Below, in pieces: positions 9,335 to 19,364 of a stretch of 55,104 bases of DNA. Made by a program: the position numbers and the translations under genes. This DNA is from Candidatus Eiseniibacteriota bacterium (GTDB lineage Bacteria; Eisenbacteria; RBG-16-71-46): the NCBI GenBank assembly GCA_020849095.1, contig JADLGX010000374.1, positions 1 through 55,104 of the forward strand. The letters are read 5' to 3'. The notes beneath the pieces were generated by a model, which did no database searches, was not told the DNA's origin, and worked only from the letters and a program-made list of their open reading frames with translations. Numbering within the stretch: position 1 is the stretch's first letter; each line of letters starts with the position of its first letter.

Positions 9335-9381
9335 GGCAGCCGTTTCCGTACTGGCTACGGGCGGCTGCCTTTCCTTTTGCC
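9335..9381 (+). terminator. Intrinsic terminator-like hairpin in the cysK leader, about 200 nt after the MATE stop
   Basis: GGCAGCCG-TTT-CCGTA-CTGGC-TACGG-G-CGGCTGCC followed by TTTCCTTTTGCC. The T-tract is present only on the + strand. Confidence 0.7.
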
Positions 9382-9477
9382 TTCCGGAGCCGCGCGGAGC
9401 CGTCCGCTCCCCATCGCCGCCCGCGGCATCGAACCGTTCGCCGAGTCCATCCTCCGTTCCCGAAAGGCAGGCCATTC

Positions 9478-10443
9478 ATGTCCCGCATCCACGACAGCAT
9501 TCTCGACACCATCGGTCGCACGCCGCTCGTCCGCGCCCCGCGTCTCCAGAAGGGGCTCGCCGCCGAGCTGGTCTTCAAGCTCGAGTCGTTCAATCCCATG
9601 TCCAGCGTCAAGGACCGCATCGGCCTGGCCATGATCGACGACGGCATCGCGCGCGGGGTGCTGGTGCCGGGCGTGACCACGCTGATCGAGCCCACGTCGG
9701 GAAACACCGGCATCGCGCTCGCCTTCGTGGCGGCGGCGCGCGGCATCCGGCTCGTGCTCACGATGCCCGAGACGATGTCCGTCGAGCGGCGCAAGGTGCT
9801 GCTCGCGCTGGGCGCGAGCCTGGTGCTGACCGAGGGCGCCAAGGGCATGAAGGGCGCGATTGCGCGCGCGACCGAGCTGCAGGCCGAAACGAAGGACTCG
9901 GTCATCCTCGGCCAGTTCGACAATCCGGCCAACCCGCGCGTGCACCGCGAGACGACGGCGCTCGAGATCTGGGACGACACCGACGGCCGGGTGGACGCCG
10001 TGGTCGCGGGTGTGGGAACGGGCGGAACGCTCACCGGCGTCGCCGAAGCGCTCAAGGCGCGCAAGCCCGCGTTTCGCGCGATCGCGGTGGAGCCCAAGGA
10101 CTCGCCCGTCCTGTCGGGTGGCGCGCCGGGGCCGCACAAGATCCAGGGCATCGGGGCCGGCTTCGTGCCGAGCATCCTGCGCACCGACCTGATCGACGAG
10201 ATCGTGCAGGTGAGCAACGACGAGGCGTTCGCCATGGCGCGCCGCCTGGTTCGCGAGGAGGGCATCATGGTGGGCATCTCGTCGGGCGCCGTCGCGCACG
10301 CGGCGCTCGCGCTGGCGGCCCGGCCGGAGTACGCGGGCAAGCTGATCGTGGCGGTGCTGGCGAGCCACGGCGAACGCTACCTGTCCACGCCCCTGTTCGA
10401 CTTTCCCGAGGAGCAGCCCGAAGCGGCGGCGGCCCGGGCATGA
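9478..10443 (+). CDS. cysK: Cysteine synthase A (O-acetylserine sulfhydrylase)
   Basis: [18 protein letters not shown]..., [12 protein letters not shown] (PLP lysine), [12 protein letters not shown] and [10 protein letters not shown]. Confidence 0.95.
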   Translation: MSRIHDSILDTIGRTPLVRAPRLQKGLAAELVFKLESFNPMSSVKDRIGLAMIDDGIARGVLVPGVTTLIEPTSGNTGIALAFVAAARGIRLVLTMPETMSVERRKVLLALGASLVLTEGAKGMKGAIARATELQAETKDSVILGQFDNPANPRVHRETTALEIWDDTDGRVDAVVAGVGTGGTLTGVAEALKARKPAFRAIAVEPKDSPVLSGGAPGPHKIQGIGAGFVPSILRTDLIDEIVQVSNDEAFAMARRLVREEGIMVGISSGAVAHAALALAARPEYAGKLIVAVLASHGERYLSTPLFDFPEEQPEAAAARA

Positions 10444-11210
10444 CACGCCTGCTCGAGGACATTCGCACCATCCGCGCCAAGGACCCCGCCGCGCGCAACG
10501 TCGTGGAGATCCTGCTCTGCTATCCCGGCCTGCACGCCCAGTGGTTCCACCGCGTCGCGCACCCGCTGTGGCTCTGGCGGGTGCCGGTGCTGCCGCGGTT
10601 GCTCTCGCACGTCGCGCGCTTCCTGACGGGCGTCGAGATCCACCCGGGCGCCACGCTGGGACGGCGCGTGTTCATCGATCACGGCATGGGCGTGGTGATC
10701 GGCGAGACGGCCGAGGTGGGGGACGACTGCCTCATCTACCAGGGCGTCACGCTGGGCGGCACCAGCCTGAGCGCCGGCAAGCGCCATCCCACGCTCGAGG
10801 ACCACGTGGTGGTGGGCTCGGGCGCCAAGGTGCTCGGGGCGATCACGCTGGGCGCTTTCACGCGCGTCGGCTCGGGCTCGGTGGTGATCAAGACCTGCGC
10901 GCCGCATTCCACGGTGGTGGGCATTCCGGGGCGCGTGCTCGAGGAGAAGCCCGCCGAGGAGTCGCGTCCCGGGCACGAACTGGAGCACAACCGCATGCCG
11001 GATCCCACGGCGCGCGCCATCACCGCGCTGCACGACCAGGTGCGCGGCCTGGCACGCGAGGTCGCGGAGCTGCGCCAGCGTCCGCTCGACGTGACGCTGC
11101 CGCCCGGGCTCACCACGGCCGACATCGAGGCCGCGTTCCGCTCGATCCGCGAGGCCGACGACGACGCCCGCGCCACGGCGATGGAACTGGAGAGCGGCGC
11201 GGGAATCTGA
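10440..11210 (+). CDS. cysE: Serine O-acetyltransferase
   Basis: ATG overlaps the cysK stop (ATGA). [27 protein letters not shown], hexapeptide repeats [33 protein letters not shown]. Confidence 0.95.
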   Translation: MTRLLEDIRTIRAKDPAARNVVEILLCYPGLHAQWFHRVAHPLWLWRVPVLPRLLSHVARFLTGVEIHPGATLGRRVFIDHGMGVVIGETAEVGDDCLIYQGVTLGGTSLSAGKRHPTLEDHVVVGSGAKVLGAITLGAFTRVGSGSVVIKTCAPHSTVVGIPGRVLEEKPAEESRPGHELEHNRMPDPTARAITALHDQVRGLAREVAELRQRPLDVTLPPGLTTADIEAAFRSIREADDDARATAMELESGAGI

Positions 11211-11230
11211 GGCGCGGCGCCCGCCGCGCC
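11211..11230. terminator. GC hairpin between convergent cysE and the RND gene
   Basis: GGCGCGGCG-CC-CGCCGCGCC perfect inverted repeat in the 23-nt gap. No T-tract, so function is uncertain. Confidence 0.35.
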
Positions 11231-11233
11231 TCC

Positions 11234-14200
11234 TCACGGGACGGCGGGAGCCGGCTCGGTGGCGGCCGCGGGCTTGCGGCGGCTGAACCGCTTCGCGAAG
11301 CGGTCGAGATACGTGTAGAAGACCGGGGTCACGTACAGCGTGACGATCTGCGAGAAGGCGAGTCCGCCCACGACGGCCAGGCCGAGCGGTCGGCGCGACT
11401 CCGCTCCGGCGCCGAATCCAATGGCGATGGGAAGCGTGCCGATGAGCGCCGCCATGGTCGTCATCATGATCGGGCGGAACCGCACGAGGCAGGCCTCGAT
11501 GATGGCCGCCTCCGGCGACTTGCCCTCGCGCCGTTCCGCCTCGAGCGCGAAGTCGATCATCATGATGGCGTTCTTCTTCACGAGCCCGATCAGCATGATG
11601 ATGCCGACGAAGGCGTAGATGCTCAGCTCGGTGCGGAACATCAGCAGCGTCAGCAGCGCGCCGAACCCGGCGAACGGCAGGCCCGAGAGAATCGTGATCG
11701 GATGGATGAAGCTCTCGTAGAGAATGCCGAGCACGATGTAGATGACGAGCACGGCGAGCAGCAGCGACCAGAGCAGCCCCTGCTGGCTCGACTGGAACAC
11801 CTGGGCGGTGCCCGAGAAGTTGGTGCTGATGCTGGACGGCAGGACGGCGCGCGCGGCCTTCTCGACCGCGTCCGTGCCCTCGCCCAGCGAGACGCCCGGC
11901 TTGAGGTTGAACGACAGCGTGACGGACGGAATCTGGCCGGCGTGATTCACCGACAGCGGCCCGACGGCGCGCGAAAGCTCGGCGACCGCGCCGAGCGGAA
12001 CGAGCTTGCCGCTCCTGGACCGGATGGACAGCAGCGCGAGCGCCGACGGGTCGCGCTGGAACTGCGGCATCAGCTCCATGATGACCCAGTACTGGTCGTT
12101 CGGCGTGTAGATGGTGGACACCTGGGACGAGCCGTAGGCGCTGTAGAGCGCCTGCTCGATCTGCAGCACGGTGACGCCCAGCGCCGCGGCGCGGTCGCGG
12201 TTGATGTCCACCTGCACCTGCGGGTTGCGGATCTGCAGGTCGCTCGTGACGTCCTGCAGCTTGTCCTCGCCCTGCAGTCGCGACTGCAGGGCCGCCGACG
12301 CCTCGTACAGGGTGGCCAGGTCGCCGCTCTGGAGCGTGAACTGATACTGGCTCTTGGAGGGCCGCCCGCCCGTGTTGATGACCGGCGGATTGATGATGAA
12401 GCAGCGGATGCCCGGAACGCGCGACAGCTTGGGCTGCAGTTCGCGGATCACCTCGTCGGCCGAGAGCTTGCGCTCACCGCGCGGCTTGAGGCGCAGGAAC
12501 ATACGTCCCTGGTTGCTCGAGCTGACGCCGCCGCCGCCCGCGGTGGACATGAAGTCCTGCACGTTCGGGTCGGCAGCGACGATGGCCGCGACGGCCTGCT
12601 GGTGCGCCATCATCGACTCGAACGCGGTGCCCTCGGCGGTTTCGGTCGTGATCTGCAGCTGGCCGGTGTCCTCGGTGGGAATGAAGCCCTTGGGCACCAG
12701 GCGGAACAGCAGCACCGTGCCCGCGAGAATGGCGAGCGAGAACGCCAGCGCCGCGCGGCGGTGCGCCATCACCACGTACAGCGTGCGCTCGTAGAACCGC
12801 AGCATGGACTCGTAGGCGTTCTCGATCGCGGTGTAGGCCTTGCCGTGACTGGTCGCGTGCTCGGCCTTGAGGAACCGGCTGCAAAGCATGGGGGTGAGCG
12901 TCAGCGAGACGAAGCCCGACACGAGGATCGCCGCCGAGATGGTGACCGCGAACTCGTGGAACAGCCGGCCGAGCAGCCCGCCCATCAGCAGCACGGGAAT
13001 GAACACGGCGACCAGCGAGAGCGTCATCGAGACGATCGTGAAGCCGATTTCGCGCGAGCCGTCGAGCGCCGCCTGCACGGGCGGCTTCCCCATCTCCATG
13101 TGCCGGTGGATGTTCTCCAGCATCACGATGGCGTCGTCCACGACGAATCCCACCGACAGCGTGAGCGCCATGAGCGAGAGGTTGTCGAGGTTGTAGCCCA
13201 TCTTGTACATGACACCGAACGTGCCCACGACCGAGAGCGGCAGCGCGAGGCTGGGGATGATCGTGGCGGGCAGGTTCTTGAGGAACAGGAAGATCACCAG
13301 CACGACCAGCGCGAACGTCAGCAGCAGCGTGTTCTGCACGTCCTCGACCGAGTGGCGGATCGAGATCGAGCGGTCGTAGAGCTTGAACACCTCGACCGAG
13401 GCCGGCATCTGCGGCTTGAGCCGGTCGAGCAGCGCCTGCACGCGGTCGGCGACCTCGACCGTGTTCGTGCCCGGCTGGCGCTGGACCGCCAGCACGACGG
13501 CACGATCGCCGTGCACCCAGCTGGCCACGCGGTTGTTCTGCACGTCGTCGATCACCACGCCCAGGTCGCGCACGCGCACAGGGGCGCCGTTGCGCCAGGC
13601 CACGACCAGGTTCCCGAAGTCCTTCGCGTTCTGGAGCTGGCCGTTGGCCTGGATGGTCGCGGTGCGATTGCGGCCCCAAAGGATGCCGGTCGGCAGGTTG
13701 ACGTTGCCGCTCGAGATGGCGGCCGAGACCTCGTCGATCCCGATGCCTCGCGCGTTGAGGGCGTGCGGGTCGAGCCGCACGCGCACGGCGTACTTCTGCG
13801 AGCCGAACACCTGCACCTGCGCCACGCCGCTCACCATCGAGATTCGCTGGGCGAGTGTGTTCTCGGCGTACTCGTTCAGCCTCGTCAGCCCGAGCAGGCG
13901 CGACGACACCGCGAAGAACACGATCGGGGAGTCGGCCGGATTCACCTTCTGGTACGAGGGCGGAAGAATGCCCGTCGGCAGCCGGCGGAGCGTCTGGGCG
14001 ATCGCGGACTGCACGTCCTGCGCGGCCGCGTCGATGTCGCGGTCGAGCGTGAACTGCAGCGAGATGTTCGTGTTGCCCTGGCTGGAGGAGGACGTCATCA
14101 CGTCGAGGCCGGGGATCGTGGAGAACTGCTTCTCCAGCACGGTGGCGACCGCGGAGGCCATGGTCTCGGGAGAGGCGCCCGGCAGGCTGGCGCTGACCGA

Positions 14201-14335
14201 GATGACGGGATAGTCCACGTTGGGCAGGTCGCTCACCGGCAGCTGGGTGTAGCCGACGATGCCGAACAGCAGGATCGCGATCATCACCAGGGTGGTCGCG
14301 ATCGGGCGCTGGATGAAGAGGGCGGAGAAGTTCAC
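11234..14335 (-). CDS. RND (HAE1, AcrB/MdtB-like) efflux permease
   Basis: MNFSALFIQRPIATTLVMIAILLFGIVGY..., 1033 aa, 12-TM architecture. GTG start overlaps the adaptor stop (GTGA). Confidence 0.95.
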   Translation of the reverse strand: MNFSALFIQRPIATTLVMIAILLFGIVGYTQLPVSDLPNVDYPVISVSASLPGASPETMASAVATVLEKQFSTIPGLDVMTSSSSQGNTNISLQFTLDRDIDAAAQDVQSAIAQTLRRLPTGILPPSYQKVNPADSPIVFFAVSSRLLGLTRLNEYAENTLAQRISMVSGVAQVQVFGSQKYAVRVRLDPHALNARGIGIDEVSAAISSGNVNLPTGILWGRNRTATIQANGQLQNAKDFGNLVVAWRNGAPVRVRDLGVVIDDVQNNRVASWVHGDRAVVLAVQRQPGTNTVEVADRVQALLDRLKPQMPASVEVFKLYDRSISIRHSVEDVQNTLLLTFALVVLVIFLFLKNLPATIIPSLALPLSVVGTFGVMYKMGYNLDNLSLMALTLSVGFVVDDAIVMLENIHRHMEMGKPPVQAALDGSREIGFTIVSMTLSLVAVFIPVLLMGGLLGRLFHEFAVTISAAILVSGFVSLTLTPMLCSRFLKAEHATSHGKAYTAIENAYESMLRFYERTLYVVMAHRRAALAFSLAILAGTVLLFRLVPKGFIPTEDTGQLQITTETAEGTAFESMMAHQQAVAAIVAADPNVQDFMSTAGGGGVSSSNQGRMFLRLKPRGERKLSADEVIRELQPKLSRVPGIRCFIINPPVINTGGRPSKSQYQFTLQSGDLATLYEASAALQSRLQGEDKLQDVTSDLQIRNPQVQVDINRDRAAALGVTVLQIEQALYSAYGSSQVSTIYTPNDQYWVIMELMPQFQRDPSALALLSIRSRSGKLVPLGAVAELSRAVGPLSVNHAGQIPSVTLSFNLKPGVSLGEGTDAVEKAARAVLPSSISTNFSGTAQVFQSSQQGLLWSLLLAVLVIYIVLGILYESFIHPITILSGLPFAGFGALLTLLMFRTELSIYAFVGIIMLIGLVKKNAIMMIDFALEAERREGKSPEAAIIEACLVRFRPIMMTTMAALIGTLPIAIGFGAGAESRRPLGLAVVGGLAFSQIVTLYVTPVFYTYLDRFAKRFSRRKPAAATEPAPAVP

Positions 14336-15477
14336 TTCTTCTTCCCGCCCGGCGACTCGCCGTTGCGCACGACCACCTTGCTGCCGGGCGCGAGCCGGAA
14401 CTGCCCGTCCGTGATGACCACGTCACCGGGGGCGAGTCCCTCGGCGATGATCGCGAAGTCGTCGTCCGAGCGCGACACGGTCACGGGGCGCGAAGCGGCC
14501 GTGGAGTCGGCGGTGAGCACGTACACGAAGGTGCCCTTCTGCCCGGCGCTGACCGCCACCGAGGGGACCACGACGACGCCCCGCTGCACCTCGAGCTCGA
14601 GCCGGACCTCGACGAAGGCTCCCGGCCACAGCCGGCCGTCGGCGTTGTCGAAGCGGCCCTTGAGCACGAACGCGCCGGTCGCCTCGTCCACAGCATTGTC
14701 CACGAACACGAGCCGTCCCGCGATGTCGGTGGTGTCGCCGGCGGCCGCTCGCACGAACACGCGCGTGCCGTCGCGGCGGCTGCGGCGCACCAGTTCGACG
14801 TCCGCCTGCGGAAGCGTGAAGCGCACCTCGATGGGGCGGGTGCGGTTCACCGTCACGAGCGGCTCCGACGTCGCGGACTTCACGTAGTCGCCCACATGCA
14901 CCATGACCTCGCCCGCGGTGCCGTCGATCGGGGAGCGGATGGTGGCGTACTCGAGGTCGAGCCGCGCGCGCTGGACGGCGGCCGAGTCGGCCTGCACGGC
15001 GCCGAGAAGCGCCTCGGCCGCGGCCACCTTGGAATCTCGTTCGGACTGCGAGATGAGCTGCCGTTCGAACAGCTGGGCGGCGCGCTCGGCCTCGAGGCGC
15101 GCCGCGCCGGCCTGCGCGCGGTCGCGCGCGAGCTGTCCGGAAACCTGCTGCAGCGTGGCGCGGAACGGCCTCGCGTCGAGCTCGATCAGCGCCTGCCCGG
15201 CGCGGACCACGTCCCCTTCCTGGAACGCGATGCGCGTGACCATGCCGCCCACCTGGGAGCCGATCGACGCGCTCTCGATGGGATCGACCGTACCGGAAGC
15301 CAGCAGCATCACCGGCATGTCGCGCCGTTCGGCGGTGGCCACGGTCACGGAGGCGCGCGGGGCGCGGGGGGCCTGCTTCTTGGCGCAGGCGCCGGCGAAG
15401 GGCAGGAGCGCGGTCAGTGCGAGTGCCGCGAGCGGGCGCGTGACGGCACGCCCCGGGAATGCATAGCCGTTCGTCAT
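14332..15477 (-). CDS. RND periplasmic adaptor (membrane fusion protein), lipoprotein
   Basis: ATG at 15477 gives MTNGYAFPGRAVTRPLAALALTALLPFAGAC (lipobox). Coiled-coil/barrel-sandwich hybrid pattern and QALIELD. No outer-membrane factor gene is adjacent. Confidence 0.9.
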   Translation of the reverse strand: MTNGYAFPGRAVTRPLAALALTALLPFAGACAKKQAPRAPRASVTVATAERRDMPVMLLASGTVDPIESASIGSQVGGMVTRIAFQEGDVVRAGQALIELDARPFRATLQQVSGQLARDRAQAGAARLEAERAAQLFERQLISQSERDSKVAAAEALLGAVQADSAAVQRARLDLEYATIRSPIDGTAGEVMVHVGDYVKSATSEPLVTVNRTRPIEVRFTLPQADVELVRRSRRDGTRVFVRAAAGDTTDIAGRLVFVDNAVDEATGAFVLKGRFDNADGRLWPGAFVEVRLELEVQRGVVVVPSVAVSAGQKGTFVYVLTADSTAASRPVTVSRSDDDFAIIAEGLAPGDVVITDGQFRLAPGSKVVVRNGESPGGKKK

Positions 15478-15779
15478 CGGGGAGCTTCCAGACGAGGGAT
15501 GTGGTTCGAGGCGGGAGCTTCCGGCAAGAGGGCGGCCGGCAACGGCCCGCGGATCGGTTCGGGGTGCGCCAACGTCGCGCGCCATCCTAGTGCATCCCTG
15601 CACGCCGCGCGGTCACGAAGCCGTCAACTGGGACGTGCCACCGGCCCCGGAACCTGCCATGATGCCGCGCCCCGTCGCGCGGACCGGCATCCCCGGTCGC
15701 CGTGCAGCAGCGCCTCACGAGAACCCGCGACGAACGCGGTGAACCCGGACCCGAACGCCGAGAACCCTCCGACCTTCCG

Positions 15780-16721
15780 ATGAACCGGCCTTCCCTGACA
15801 CGATTCGCGCTGCTCTCCATGGCGGCGGCGCTGCTGACCATCCTGCTCAAGGCCACCGCCTACTTCATGACGGGTTCGGTCGGGCTGCTCTCCGACGCGC
15901 TCGAGTCCCTCGTCAACCTGGCCGGCGCGATCATGGCGCTCGCGATGCTCGACGTGGCCGCCCGGCCCGAGGACGACGATCATCCGTACGGGCACGGCAA
16001 GGCGGAGTACTTCTCGAGCGGCGTCGAAGGCACGCTCATCCTGGTCGCCGCGATCAGCATCGCGTGGGCCGCGCTCGACCGGCTGCGCCACCCCCAGCCG
16101 CTCGAGTCCGTGGGCGTGGGTCTCGCGGTCTCGGCCGTGGCCGCCGTCCTCAACCTGGTCGTGGCGATCGTGATCCTGCGCGCCGCCCGCAAGCATGATT
16201 CCATCACGCTCGAGGCGAACGCCCATCACCTGATGACCGACGTGTGGACGTCCGTCGGCGTCATCGCGGGAGTCGGCCTGGTCGGAGTCACCCACTGGGT
16301 CTGGCTCGACTCGGTGGTCGCGCTCGCGGTGGCCGCGAACATCGTGTGGACCGGAGTGAAGATCGTGCGTGATTCCGTGCTGGGCCTGATGGACACCGCG
16401 CTCGCGCGCAGCGAGCAGGAGGCGCTGCTCGCCGCGCTCGCGCCCTATCGCACCGAAGGGGCGGAGTGGCACGCGCTGCGCTCGCGCCAGTCCGGGGCGC
16501 GGCGTTTCGTCTCGCTCCACGTTCTCGTGCCCGGCGACTGGAGCGTGCATCATGGCCACCAGTTGCTCGAGCGCATGGAGGCGGACATCCGCCGCGTCGT
16601 ACCCAACGTTCACGTGCTCACGCATCTCGAGTCCCTCGACGATCCCGCGTCGTACGACGACATGGCGCTGGACCGTCCCGTTTCGAATCCACCCTCCAGC
16701 GGCGAACAGGTTTCGACATGA
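15780..16721 (+). CDS. Cation diffusion facilitator (CDF) metal efflux transporter
   Basis: ATG 15780. LKATAYFMTGSVGLLSDALESLVNL and HPYGHGKAEYF motifs, six TM helices plus a cytoplasmic C-terminal domain. Confidence 0.9.
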   Translation: MNRPSLTRFALLSMAAALLTILLKATAYFMTGSVGLLSDALESLVNLAGAIMALAMLDVAARPEDDDHPYGHGKAEYFSSGVEGTLILVAAISIAWAALDRLRHPQPLESVGVGLAVSAVAAVLNLVVAIVILRAARKHDSITLEANAHHLMTDVWTSVGVIAGVGLVGVTHWVWLDSVVALAVAANIVWTGVKIVRDSVLGLMDTALARSEQEALLAALAPYRTEGAEWHALRSRQSGARRFVSLHVLVPGDWSVHHGHQLLERMEADIRRVVPNVHVLTHLESLDDPASYDDMALDRPVSNPPSSGEQVST

Positions 16722-18076
16722 ACGAGAACACCCCGGTTCCCAACGATCCCGAGCTCGACGAAACCCCCTCCGAGGACTTCGCGAAAGCCCTTCAGGCCTA
16801 CGAAAGCGGTCCCCAGTCCGCCGCGGCGGCCAGCGATGCCACCCGTGACCTGTCGGTCGGCGACAAGGTGCGCGGTCGGGTCATCTCGATCGGAGACGCG
16901 CACCTGCTGGTGGACTACGGCGGCCGCAGCGAGGGCATCGCCGAAGTCCGCGCATGGCGCAACGACGACGGCACGCTGCGGGTGAGCGTGGGCGACGAAC
17001 TGGAGTTGTTCGTGGTGGAGGCGGGCGAGCAGGTCACGCTGGCGTCTTCCATCCGCGCCGATTCGCACGCCGCGCTCGCTTCGCTGCGCGACGCGCATGC
17101 GGCGCGCGTTCCGGTCACGGGCCGGGTGACCGCGGTCAACACCGGCGGCCTCGCCGTCGAGGTGGGCGGGGCCCGGGGATTCTGTCCCGTCTCGCAGATC
17201 GAGTCGGGCTTCTGCCAGGATCCGTCCGTCTACGTCGGGCGTTCGCTGGAGTTCCTGGTCACGGGAATCGAAGAGGGCCGTGGCAGCGTCGTGCTTTCGC
17301 GCCGTGCCGTATTGCGCCGCGTCGAGGAAGAGCAGGCGCAGCAGGCGCTCTCCACGCTCAAGCCCGGCGACGAGCGGGATGGCGTCGTGGCCCGGCTCGA
17401 GCCGTTCGGCGCATTCATCAACATCGGTGGCCTCGACGGCCTCGCGCACGTCTCCGAGATCTCGCACACGCGGCTCTCGCACCCGGGCGACCTGCTCAAG
17501 GCCGGCGACAAGGTGCGCGTGAAGGTGCTGCGGATCGAGCAGGGCAAGGACGGGCGGCCGCGCGTCGCGCTGTCGCTCAAGGCCACGGCTCCCGATCCGT
17601 GGACCGGCATCGCCTCCCAGTTCGCGCCGGGGCAGCGCGTGACCGGAACCGTGGCGCGGCTCGCCGACTTCGGCGCGTTCGTCACACTGGCCCCGGGAAT
17701 CGACGGGCTGGTGCACGTCTCGCAGGTCGCGCTGCACCGTATCCAGCACGTGAAGGACGTGCTCGTGGTGGGGCAGGTGATCGAGGCCGCGATTCTCGCG
17801 GTCGAGCCCGAGAAGAAGCGCATCTCGCTCTCGATGCGGGAGCTTCTGGCGGCCGACATGCCGCCCACCGAGGTGCGGGTGAGCAGCTCGCGTCCCGAGC
17901 GCTCCGGCGGTTCGAATCGCGGGCCCCGCAATGATCGCGGGGATCGCGGAGAGCGCCGCCCGCGCGAGGAGAAGTTCGAGATGCCCGTGCGTCCCGCCGA
18001 GCCCGAGGGACCGACCACCATGGCGCTCGCCCTTCGCAAGGCGATGGAAGCGGCCGCGCAGAAGAAGGCCCGGTGA
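16718..18076 (+). CDS. S1 RNA-binding domain protein (four S1/OB repeats, acidic N-terminus, basic R/G-rich tail)
   Basis: ATG 16718 overlaps the CDF stop (ATGA). Repeats begin VGDKVRGRVISIG, VTGRVTAVNTGG, DGVVARLEPFGAFINIG and VTGTVARLADFGAFVTL. Tail ...RSGGSNRGPRNDRGDRGERRPRE... Confidence 0.9.
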   Translation: MNENTPVPNDPELDETPSEDFAKALQAYESGPQSAAAASDATRDLSVGDKVRGRVISIGDAHLLVDYGGRSEGIAEVRAWRNDDGTLRVSVGDELELFVVEAGEQVTLASSIRADSHAALASLRDAHAARVPVTGRVTAVNTGGLAVEVGGARGFCPVSQIESGFCQDPSVYVGRSLEFLVTGIEEGRGSVVLSRRAVLRRVEEEQAQQALSTLKPGDERDGVVARLEPFGAFINIGGLDGLAHVSEISHTRLSHPGDLLKAGDKVRVKVLRIEQGKDGRPRVALSLKATAPDPWTGIASQFAPGQRVTGTVARLADFGAFVTLAPGIDGLVHVSQVALHRIQHVKDVLVVGQVIEAAILAVEPEKKRISLSMRELLAADMPPTEVRVSSSRPERSGGSNRGPRNDRGDRGERRPREEKFEMPVRPAEPEGPTTMALALRKAMEAAAQKKAR

Positions 18077-19326
18077 GGATGCGGGGCTGGCCGCGGCTCT
18101 CGCTGACGCAGTGGATCCTGGTCGCGCTCGTCGCCGGCGCGGCTTTCGGTTACGCGGACCCCGCTCACGCCGTTCAGGTGGGCTGGGTCCGCGACATTTT
18201 CCTGCACCTGATCAAGTCCATCATCGCGCCGCTCGTGTTCTCGACCGTCGTCGTGGGCATCGCGGGTGGTGGTGAGCCCAAGCAGGTCGGGCGGATGGGC
18301 TGGAAGTCGCTCCTGTACTTCGAGGTGGTCACCACGATCGCGCTGTTTCTGGGACTCGCGGTGGTCAACCTGATCAAGCCCGGAGTCGGGATCCAGCTGG
18401 CGGGAGATCCCGGCGTGCTCGGCAAGGTCGCCGAGAACCATCCCAAGACGCTGATCGAGACGCTCGTGCACATCTTTCCCACGAGCATCTTCGACGCGCT
18501 CGCGCGCGGCGACGTGCTGCAGATCGTGGCGTTCAGCGTGATCTTCGGGCTCGCGCTGATGGCAGTGGGCGAAAAGGGGCGTCCGGTCGTGGCGTTCTGC
18601 GAGTCGCTCGCGCAGGTCATGTTCCGCTTCACCGAGTACGTGATGTACGCCGCGCCGCTCGGCGTGGGGGCGGCCATGGCCGCCACCATCGGGCACCAGG
18701 GTCTCGACGTGCTGCGCAACCTGGGAATGCTGATCGGTTCGCTCTACCTGGCCCTCGTGATCTTCGTGGTCGTGGTGTTCGGCGCGGTCGCGGCCATCAT
18801 CCGCCTGCCGATCGTGCCGTTCATGAAGGCGATCCGCGAGCCCTTTGCGCTCGCCTTCGTGACCACGAGCAGCGAGAGCGCCCTCCCCAAGGCGATGGAG
18901 GCCATGGAGCGGTTTGGCGTTCCGCGCCGGATCGTCGGCTTCGTGATCCCCGCGGGCTACAGCTTCAACCTCGACGGGACCACGCTGTACCTGGCGATGG
19001 CATCGGTCTTCATCGCGCAGGCGGTGGGGAGCACCGTGCCCGGTTTCACGTTCCCGCTGAGCCAGCAGCTCGCCATGATGGTCACGCTCATGATCACGTC
19101 CAAGGGCGTCGCGGCGGTTCCGCGGGCGTCGCTCGTGATCCTGCTCGCCACCGTGAACACGTTCCTGCCGACACCGTACGGGGCGATCGGCGTGGCCATG
19201 ATCTTCGGCGTCGACGAACTCATGGACATGGCCCGCACCAGCGTCAACCTGCTCGGCAACTGCCTCGCCAGCGTCGTGATCGCGCGTTGGGAGGGTGTGT
19301 TCGACGACGAAGCCCACCGCGCCTGA
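18073..19326 (+). CDS. Dicarboxylate/amino acid:cation symporter (GltP/DctA family)
   Basis: GTG 18073 overlaps the S1 stop (GTGA); ATG 18079 is an alternative start. Strings FVTTSSESALPKAME and AAVPRASLVILLATV are typical of the SDF family. Confidence 0.9.
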   Translation: MRMRGWPRLSLTQWILVALVAGAAFGYADPAHAVQVGWVRDIFLHLIKSIIAPLVFSTVVVGIAGGGEPKQVGRMGWKSLLYFEVVTTIALFLGLAVVNLIKPGVGIQLAGDPGVLGKVAENHPKTLIETLVHIFPTSIFDALARGDVLQIVAFSVIFGLALMAVGEKGRPVVAFCESLAQVMFRFTEYVMYAAPLGVGAAMAATIGHQGLDVLRNLGMLIGSLYLALVIFVVVVFGAVAAIIRLPIVPFMKAIREPFALAFVTTSSESALPKAMEAMERFGVPRRIVGFVIPAGYSFNLDGTTLYLAMASVFIAQAVGSTVPGFTFPLSQQLAMMVTLMITSKGVAAVPRASLVILLATVNTFLPTPYGAIGVAMIFGVDELMDMARTSVNLLGNCLASVVIARWEGVFDDEAHRA

Positions 19327-19364
19327 CGGCGCGACGGGCTTCGTGAGGGTGCGGCGGTCCGCTC

